Origin: Candidatus Methylomirabilis oxygeniifera
Lineage (GTDB): Bacteria > Methylomirabilota > Methylomirabilia > Methylomirabilales > Methylomirabilaceae
Assembly: GCA_000091165.1 (NCBI GenBank)
Contig: FP565575.1
Span: 2,520,001 to 2,552,000 of the forward strand
Length of the DNA stretch: 32,000 bases
Direction of reading: 5' to 3'
The stretch's first letter is position 1. The number at the start of each line of letters is the position of its first letter. Position numbers and translations under genes: made by a program. The notes below the pieces were generated by a model. That model saw nothing but the letters and a program-made list of their open reading frames with translations. It made no database searches and had not been told where the DNA came from. This document shows, in pieces, positions 26,260 to 32,000 of the stretch.

Positions 26260-26329
26260 TTTTGCTCTTCGCTTCTGCTGAGTACCGCCGGTTTAACGTA
26301 TTCTCAATCGCTAGAGATCGATCACAGCA

Positions 26330-26698
26330 ATGCAACGACCGGCATCGAGCGGTACAGCCCGAACGAGAAGGGCTTTTAACAACAAATATTTTACGCTGTA
26401 TGCGCGGTTTGCGTCAACTAAAAAACAACAGCTCCAATTAGCTTTTGGGGCGCGCACAGGCACGGCAACAGTTCGGAATAGAGCAAAACGCTTGGCGCGT
26501 GAGACGTTTCGACTCAATTGCCACCGGCTTCCAGCGGGCATTGAAATTCTGATAACCGCCCAAAAGGGCATTGGCGCTCTTAGCCGACGCGATATGAGAG
26601 GTCAGATCGTAGATCTCTTTGAGTACGCGTGTAAACTCTCACCATCCAGCTCCTCCGAACCACCGGTTAGGGCAGGTGACACCAGCACGCATCGTTAG
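26330..26698 (+). CDS. rnpA: ribonuclease P protein component
   Basis: 122 aa with the RNR motif ([14 protein letters not shown]). It has the canonical position after rpmH. Confidence 0.85.
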   Translation: MQRPASSGTARTRRAFNNKYFTLYARFASTKKQQLQLAFGARTGTATVRNRAKRLARETFRLNCHRLPAGIEILITAQKGIGALSRRDMRGQIVDLFEYACKLSPSSSSEPPVRAGDTSTHR

Positions 26699-26891
26699 AG
26701 GGATTCTGGTGGCGTACAAGGCGATGGTGTCGCCACTGCTGCCCCCAGCCTGTAGGTTCTACCCTACTTGCGCGGATTATGCGGATGAGGCGATAGGCAG
26801 GTATGGGCTGACGCGAGGCCTGCTTCTCGCTGCGTACCGTCTCGCCCGATGTCACCCGTGGTGCGAGGGCGGATACGACCCGGTAAAATAG
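26676..26891 (+). CDS. yidD: membrane protein insertion efficiency factor YidD
   Basis: [15 protein letters not shown]...[13 protein letters not shown] signature. The track ORF starts at TTG 26619. I prefer the in-frame GTG at 26676 (71 aa), which overlaps the rnpA end by 23 nt. The start remains uncertain. Confidence 0.8.
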   Translation: MTPARIVRGILVAYKAMVSPLLPPACRFYPTCADYADEAIGRYGLTRGLLLAAYRLARCHPWCEGGYDPVK

Positions 26892-26935
26892 GCGGCTGCC
26901 GTTTTTGAGTTTGCAGCCTTCGCGATAGGAGTGAC

Positions 26936-28609
26936 ATGTCGTCACAGGTTCGAGCACTGCTGGCGGTCGCCCTTGCGACCGTAATTCTTTTCGGCGCACA
27001 GTTCCTCCTGCCGGGTCCTAAAGAGTCGAAAGAATCATCGGAGCCGTCGAAACAGGAGGCGGTCGGTACTGCAACAAAATCCCCGACGTCCCCAGCGAGC
27101 AAAGCTCCCGGTCCGTTGGAGCGCCCCCAGGTGCGGGAAGTCGTTCCGAGAGCTCCGGAGCGAGAAGCAATCGTGGAGACGGACGTTGTGAGGGCCGTCT
27201 TGACGTCGCGGGGTGGGGCGCTGAAGAGTTGGCGGCTCAAGTCGTACCGGGCCGCTGACGGCCAGGGGGTGGACCTCGTCGCGCTCCAGCAGGGGGAGTT
27301 GCCGGGTCCGCTTCTGGTCTCCAGCGGCAATCCGGAGGAGCCGGCGCCGCTGGACTTCGACATCGATAAAGCGGAGGTCAGCCTTCGTTCGCCGTCCGAG
27401 ACCGGGTCGATTACCTTTTCTTCGCGCGGAAGCGGGCCGCTTCAACTCTCCAAGCGCCTGACATTCAAAGGCAATAGCTATCGCGTTGAGGTTGAGTTCT
27501 CCTGGAAAAACACCGGCAAAAAGCCGATAACCATCGCGCCGGAAATCGCGTGGGGTCCAGGATTCTACAGCGGCGTCGACGGTGAGCGTGCGCAGGTCGT
27601 GTCAGCCACAAGCTGGGTAGATGGGCGCCGCGTGACGGACGACCTTGGAAGTCTTAAGGGTGCTGTTACCCATAGCGGGCAGGTATCGTGGACGGCCCTT
27701 CAGAATCTCTACTTCGCCGCAGCGCTCTTGCCTGAAGGCAAAGGGAGTACGGCGACGATACGCAAAGGGCCGGAGGAACAGCCGGTCATTGCTCTCGTCA
27801 CCCCAACTCAGAGCCTTGAGCCGGGGGGGGGGTTGACGCAGCGCGTTGCTGTCTATAGTGGGCCGAAGGATCTGGACCATCTCAATGCCGCCGGATCGGA
27901 TCTCAGTAAAATCGTGGATCTTGGGTGGTTCGATGCGCTCGCCCGTCCTGCGCTTCACCTGCTGCGTTTTCTGAATCGCATTAGCGGCAACTACGGTGTC
28001 GCCATCATCCTGGTGAGCGTGCTGCAGAAGATCGTTCTTCATCCCCTTACCGCAAAAAGCCTCCGGTCGATGCAGGCGATGAAGGCGTTGCAACCGAAGA
28101 TCGCCGCCATCTCGGAGCGCAATAAAAACAATCCGCAGAAGAAGCAGCAAGAGGTCATGGGGCTGTACAAAAAGCACGGAGTCAACCCGCTGGGCGGGTG
28201 CCTCCCAATGCTGATTCAGCTCCCAATCTTCGTCGCACTCTACAACGCGCTCTCGAGCTCAGTGGAGATGTGGCGAGCCCCATTTCTTTGGATTAAGGAT
28301 CTTTCTCAGCCGGATGCCCTCTTCGCGTTTGATGTGTGGGGCTTGAAGGACTACCCCTTTAACCTATTGGCGCTATTGATGGGCGCAAGTATGTTCTTCC
28401 AACAAAAGATGTCCCCCCCCAGCTCAAGTGATCCGCAGCAGGCGAAGCTGATGTTGTGGATGATGCCGACCATGTTTACCTTCATGTTTTGGACCTTCCC
28501 TTCAGGGTTGGTGTTGTATTGGCTTGTGAGCAATATCCTCCAGATGGGTCAACAGCAGTGGCTGCAGAAGCGAGGAAAGCTCGCACTCAGTGGACCGGAG
28601 GCGACCTAA
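26936..28609 (+). CDS. yidC: membrane protein insertase YidC
   Basis: 557 aa with an N-terminal TM, a large periplasmic domain and a conserved C-terminal core (NPLGGCLPMLIQLPIFVALY...GLVLYW). AGGAG lies upstream of the ATG. Confidence 0.92.
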   Translation: MSSQVRALLAVALATVILFGAQFLLPGPKESKESSEPSKQEAVGTATKSPTSPASKAPGPLERPQVREVVPRAPEREAIVETDVVRAVLTSRGGALKSWRLKSYRAADGQGVDLVALQQGELPGPLLVSSGNPEEPAPLDFDIDKAEVSLRSPSETGSITFSSRGSGPLQLSKRLTFKGNSYRVEVEFSWKNTGKKPITIAPEIAWGPGFYSGVDGERAQVVSATSWVDGRRVTDDLGSLKGAVTHSGQVSWTALQNLYFAAALLPEGKGSTATIRKGPEEQPVIALVTPTQSLEPGGGLTQRVAVYSGPKDLDHLNAAGSDLSKIVDLGWFDALARPALHLLRFLNRISGNYGVAIILVSVLQKIVLHPLTAKSLRSMQAMKALQPKIAAISERNKNNPQKKQQEVMGLYKKHGVNPLGGCLPMLIQLPIFVALYNALSSSVEMWRAPFLWIKDLSQPDALFAFDVWGLKDYPFNLLALLMGASMFFQQKMSPPSSSDPQQAKLMLWMMPTMFTFMFWTFPSGLVLYWLVSNILQMGQQQWLQKRGKLALSGPEAT

Positions 28610-29339
28610 CCGGATTGCCACGCCGGAGCGGGCGGCCCAACAGACTATTGCCGACCGCAGCGAGCTTCTGACTCGAGGGCTCGACCGTATCGGGCTTCAG
28701 TTGACGCCCGCGCAACGCGAGGCGTTCGACATCTACCTGTCGGAGTTGCGACGGTGGGCCTCGCAGATAAATCTGACCGGCCTGAGATCGGAAGAGGCCA
28801 TCATCCGAGAGGGGTTCCTGCGCTCTCTTGCCCATAGGGCGGCCTTCGAGCCCGCACCGTCAGTGAAAGCCATAGACGTCGGATCGGGTGCGGGGTTCCC
28901 CGGCCTGGTCCTCAAAATGGGCTATCCCGACATTGAGATAGTGTTGCTCGAGCCCAGGCGGAAGCGAGCCGCCTTTCTGCGCTCCACCATACGACGTCTG
29001 GAGCTTACCGGTGTTCGCTGTATCCAGGCCAGGGTCGAGGCGCTGTACGGGGATGCCGAACATCAGGGTAGATATGCTGTCGCCTTCGCGCGTGCAGTTG
29101 GTCCGGTCGCGGACGTGGCGCGCATGATTAAGCCACTCCTGACGCCTGGTGGACGCCTGATTGTGCAGGCGGGGCAAGAAGCGCGCGACTCACTCCCCTC
29201 CCTGCGCCCATTGCTTGCCGCATTGGGGATGAGGGCGGAGATCCGGGAGGGTCCTGCCCCAGACGAGGGGAGTCCACCAACCTACCTGCTTGTCATCGAG
29301 AGGACTGACAGCGTAGAAGAGATGATGGCCGACAGTTAA
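28590..29339 (+). CDS. rsmG: 16S rRNA (guanine527-N7)-methyltransferase RsmG/GidB
   Basis: 249 aa with the SAM motif DVGSGAGFPG and an NLTG.. block. The GTG start overlaps the yidC end by 20 nt, and no in-frame ATG lies upstream of the conserved N-terminal region. Confidence 0.85.
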   Translation: MDRRRPNRIATPERAAQQTIADRSELLTRGLDRIGLQLTPAQREAFDIYLSELRRWASQINLTGLRSEEAIIREGFLRSLAHRAAFEPAPSVKAIDVGSGAGFPGLVLKMGYPDIEIVLLEPRRKRAAFLRSTIRRLELTGVRCIQARVEALYGDAEHQGRYAVAFARAVGPVADVARMIKPLLTPGGRLIVQAGQEARDSLPSLRPLLAALGMRAEIREGPAPDEGSPPTYLLVIERTDSVEEMMADS

Positions 29340-29343
29340 AGAA

Positions 29344-29359
29344 TGTTTCACGTGAAACT
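29344..29359. promoter_or_regulatory. parS centromere-like site (TGTTTCACGTGAAACT, 15 of 16 to the TGTTNCACGTGAAACA consensus)
   Basis: Direct match read in the sequence, immediately after the rsmG stop and upstream of parA. Confidence 0.8.
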
Positions 29360-29469
29360 CCCCGCAATTCGCCACTTTGTTCCTGTTGCCGACTGTGGTA
29401 CCCTTCTGGAGAAGTTTAGCAGGGACATTCCATGAGCGTTGCCGCGCCGCGGCACACGAAAATGCTATC

Positions 29470-29570
29470 TGAGAAGCTGTCAGCCTTCAGCGATCAGCGT
29501 CAGCTCTTCCGGTGCGTTGCCTGTTGTTTTTGAAGCTGAAGGCTGATCGCTGAAGGCTATTTTCTGAGTA
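29470..29570. repeat. GCTGA-rich hairpin repeat family, long copy with 17-bp perfect arms
   Basis: AGCCTTCAGCGATCAGC (29482..29498) is the exact reverse complement of GCTGATCGCTGAAGGCT (29542..29558). Further imperfect pairing occurs inside the arms. Confidence 0.85.
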
Positions 29571-29600
29571 ACACCCCATGCGGCCGCACGGCGGCGGGCG

Positions 29601-29647
29601 AAAACCCCCTTGATCCCCCTTTACGAAAGGGTAGTCAGGGGTTTTTT
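29601..29647 (+). terminator. two-tier hairpin with T-run (AAAACCCC...CCCTTT-ACG-AAAGGG...GGGGTTTTTT), probable intrinsic terminator of the rpmH-rsmG unit
   Basis: The outer stem is 29601..29608 / 29638..29645 and the inner stem is 29617..29622 / 29626..29631. A T6 run follows. The A-run on the 5' side would allow bidirectional function. Confidence 0.55.
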
Positions 29648-29652
29648 GGGTG

Positions 29653-29684
29653 TTGTCGGGTTACGCCGCGCTAACCCGACCTAC
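29653..29684 (+). repeat. palindromic repeat TTGTCGGGTTACGCNGCGCTAACCCGACCTAC, copy 2
   Basis: Matches the reverse complement of 5682..5713 in 31 of 32 nt. It is followed by a GCTGA-family half element (29685..29727). Confidence 0.8.
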
Positions 29685-29737
29685 GGCTGACGGCTGAGCG
29701 CTGATTGCCGACGGCTATCTTCCGAGGAAAGGCAGCG

Positions 29738-30496
29738 ATGCGGATCATCGCCATTGCGAACCAAAAGGGCGGAGTCGGCAAAACGACGACAGCGGTGAAC
29801 CTGGCCGCTTCGCTCGCGGCGGCGGAGCACCGGACGCTCCTGCTCGATCTCGATCCCCAGGGCAATGCCACCAGTGCGTTGGGAGTAGAGCGCGAGGCCG
29901 CACCGGCCGCTTATGATCTACTCATGGGCGGGGCGAAGATCGCTGATGTGGCGCGGCCGACCGTCGCCCCCGGACTGGACCTGGTCCCGGCTGGAGATCG
30001 CCTTATCGGGGCGGAGGTAGAGTTGGCGCTCAGCCCGCATCGAGAGGCTCGCTTGAAGGAGGCGATGGGGACAGGAACAGATGCCTACGCCTTCGTCTTG
30101 ATCGACTGCCCGCCTTCCCTTGGTCTGCTGACCGTCAATGCCCTGGCGGCAGCCCACTCTGTTCTGATCCCGCTTCAATGCGAGTACTATGCCCTGGAAG
30201 GCCTGGCCAGGATCATGGAGGCTATTACCCTTTGTCGGGGGAAGCTGAACCCGGACCTTCAGGTCGAGGGAATCGTCCTAACCATGTACGACATGAGGCT
30301 GAATATTTGCGAACAGGTAGAACAGGAAGTGCGGCGCCACTTCCCGCGAGGTGTCCTCAGAACGGTGATCCCCAGAAATGTGCGACTGAGTGAAGCGCCA
30401 AGCTTCGGGAAGCCGGTTCTGCTGTATGACGGCCGCTCGTCAGGAGCCGAGAGCTATCTTCGCTTAGCCAAGGAGATCATCGATGGCGCAACGTAG
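29738..30496 (+). CDS. parA: chromosome partitioning ATPase ParA/Soj
   Basis: Trimmed to ATG 29738 (MRIIAIANQKGGVGKTTTAVNLA, deviant Walker A), with GAGGAAAGG upstream. The track start at 29705 is a TTG lying inside a repeat. Confidence 0.92.
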   Translation: MRIIAIANQKGGVGKTTTAVNLAASLAAAEHRTLLLDLDPQGNATSALGVEREAAPAAYDLLMGGAKIADVARPTVAPGLDLVPAGDRLIGAEVELALSPHREARLKEAMGTGTDAYAFVLIDCPPSLGLLTVNALAAAHSVLIPLQCEYYALEGLARIMEAITLCRGKLNPDLQVEGIVLTMYDMRLNICEQVEQEVRRHFPRGVLRTVIPRNVRLSEAPSFGKPVLLYDGRSSGAESYLRLAKEIIDGAT

Positions 30497-31325
30497 AGCC
30501 CTCGGGAGAGGGCTGGAGACACTGATCCCCGCGGGCGATCCCTCCGGGGTGCTACAGATTCGGGTGGAAGAGATCGCGCTAGGCTCATCTCAGCCTCGCC
30601 GTTCCATGAACGACTCCAAGCTTAACGAGTTGGCGTCTTCCATCAAGGCGCATGGGGTGCTGTTGCCTATCCTGCTTCGCCGGGAGGGCGGTCGGCTGGA
30701 GGTGGTAGCCGGGGAGCGACGCCTCAGAGCTGCGCGAATGGCGGGGCTTGACACAGTTCCAGCCTTGGTCAAAGAGCTCTCCAGCAGCCAGGCGCTGGAA
30801 GTGGCGTTAATAGAGAACCTGCAGCGGGAGGACCTGAATCCGATCGAGCAAGCCGAGGCGTACTTGAGGCTGCAGGACGAGTTTGGGTTGACTCAGGAAG
30901 AGGTGGCTCGTCGGGTCGGTCGCGATCGTTCCTCCGTCGCGAACGCGCTGCGGCTGCTCAAGCTGCCAAAGCCGATCCAGGCCGACTTGGTGGAGGGCGT
31001 CCTATCTGAAGGGCATGCCCGCGCCCTACTGGGGCTGGACCGGACAGTCGACCAGATCAAGGTGCGCGACGAGGCGATTCGTCGGGGTCTGTCCGTGCGC
31101 ACCACCGAAGTATTGGTCCGACGGCTGAAACAGACCGATAGCGCTCCTCAACGACGTCAAACAGCGAGCGAGCCGGCGATTCTGGCTGCCGAAGACGCCC
31201 TTCGGCAGGCGCTCGGAACTAAGGTTCAAATTTGTAGAAAGGGCAAAGGGGGAACGATCGAGGTGGAGTTCTACTCGACGGGGGACCTCGACAGGATCTA
31301 CGAGCGGATATGCAGGCACGATTGA
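30483..31325 (+). CDS. parB: chromosome partitioning protein ParB/Spo0J
   Basis: 280 aa, MAQRRALGRGLETLIP..., with a ParB box (VAGERRLRAARMAG) and an HTH (TQEEVARRVGRDRSSVANALRLL). It overlaps parA by 14 nt. Confidence 0.92.
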   Translation: MAQRRALGRGLETLIPAGDPSGVLQIRVEEIALGSSQPRRSMNDSKLNELASSIKAHGVLLPILLRREGGRLEVVAGERRLRAARMAGLDTVPALVKELSSSQALEVALIENLQREDLNPIEQAEAYLRLQDEFGLTQEEVARRVGRDRSSVANALRLLKLPKPIQADLVEGVLSEGHARALLGLDRTVDQIKVRDEAIRRGLSVRTTEVLVRRLKQTDSAPQRRQTASEPAILAAEDALRQALGTKVQICRKGKGGTIEVEFYSTGDLDRIYERICRHD

Positions 31326-31333
31326 ATGGTGGG

Positions 31334-31349
31334 TGTTGCACGTGAAACA
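31334..31349. promoter_or_regulatory. parS site, perfect consensus TGTTGCACGTGAAACA
   Basis: Exact 16-bp palindrome-type parS, 9 nt after the parB stop. Confidence 0.85.
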
Positions 31350-31363
31350 CTACAGAGGCGGGT

Positions 31364-32000
31364 TTGCTTAACCGAGCGGCGCAGGCGCTGGCCTTCCCCT
31401 TGGAAGATCGCAGGTGGCTGTCAAAGATCGCGATTGGCGGCAGCGTTGGACTCATCCTCGAAGCCCTCTTTGTGGCTGTTGGCTTTCTGCTCACACGAGA
31501 ATTCGCCCTTGCGGGATCTCTGCTGGCGCCGGCGGTCAACTTTCCCGTGCTGGGGTTTGCGCTGGCGACCTTTCAGGGCGCCCTGGCAGTCCCGCAGGCC
31601 GACTCACTGCCGCCGTGGAGCCGATGGTCGACCTTGTGTGCGAAGGGGTTGCTGCTGTTTATGCTCGCCCTGGCTTACGAGATCGTTCCGTTTCTCTTTG
31701 TGATTTCCGGCTTTGGCCTGTTGGTACGAGGGGGTGTAGCGCTGAACCTTGGCCTCGTCCTAATGCTGCTAGGAACGCTCACTGGAATCACTGCCGGTTT
31801 CTTTTTGCCGATGGGTGTTGCGTATTACCTGAAGGAACAGCGGCTTGAGGCCGTACTGCACCCGGCGGTGGTCTGGTTGCGGATCCGCAAGGTCCTGACC
31901 GAGTACGTAGAGGCCTACCTACTCTGTCTTGGGTCGTTCATTGTTGCAGGCCTGATCGGGGCCATCCCGATTCTGGGTCTCCTGGTGTGGCCGTTTCTGA
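31364..32000 (+). CDS. polytopic membrane protein, possibly DUF4013-like; partial, runs off the window end
   Basis: Not in the ORF track because it has no in-window stop. The frame is open from 31346 to 32000, and the first candidate start is TTG 31364. The translation LNRAAQALAFPLEDRRWLSKIAIGGSVGLILEALFVAVGFLL... contains several hydrophobic segments. The family assignment is from memory only. Confidence 0.5.
   Translation, partial: MLNRAAQALAFPLEDRRWLSKIAIGGSVGLILEALFVAVGFLLTREFALAGSLLAPAVNFPVLGFALATFQGALAVPQADSLPPWSRWSTLCAKGLLLFMLALAYEIVPFLFVISGFGLLVRGGVALNLGLVLMLLGTLTGITAGFFLPMGVAYYLKEQRLEAVLHPAVVWLRIRKVLTEYVEAYLLCLGSFIVAGLIGAIPILGLLVWPFL

Noticed and set aside
29432-29539. 35-aa ORF (MSVAAPRHTKMLSEKLSAFSDQRQLFRCVACCF) in the rsmG-parA spacer
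   Set aside because: It reads straight through the arms of a palindromic repeat. Its coding appearance is a by-product of the repeat sequence.

Overview
High-GC (by eye about 60%, not computed) bacterial chromosomal window made almost entirely of core housekeeping genes around a probable replication origin. Everything from 25659 leftwards is on the minus strand: dnaN, gyrB, gyrA, serS, four tRNA-Ser, hldD, a long SRP RNA, dnaX-ybaB-recR, tRNA-Asn, GTP-type PEPCK, a multi-PAS hybrid histidine kinase, a small Cys protein, a CYTH enzyme, an aldo/keto reductase, a BrnT/BrnA toxin-antitoxin pair, a Bacillus-type mtnW-mtnX-mtnB-mtnD methionine-salvage operon with a RuBisCO-like protein, crcB-DUF190, a small Zn-ribbon protein and a partial squalene-synthase-like gene. 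Everything from 26125 rightwards is on the plus strand: rpmH, rnpA, yidD, yidC, rsmG, parA, parB and a partial membrane protein. The 465-bp AT-rich switch region (25660..26124) carries DnaA-box-like 9-mers but no dnaA. I found no convincing new protein-coding system such as a defence island, and the only accessory-looking cassette is a recognisable BrnTA module. The unusual content is architectural and non-coding. (1) serS is followed directly by all four tRNA-Ser isoacceptors. (2) Every spacer of that array, and several other housekeeping junctions, holds a palindromic repeat. One family is built of telomere-like GGGTNTA heptamers and has canonical G-quadruplex potential on both arms. (3) At least five further short hairpin-repeat families lie in intergenic regions, one of them forming a bistable structure in the serS leader. 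(4) The origin locus lacks dnaA and recF, and jag/mnmE/mnmG are absent from between yidC and rsmG. All product calls come from reading the supplied translations or my own translations. No database search was possible.
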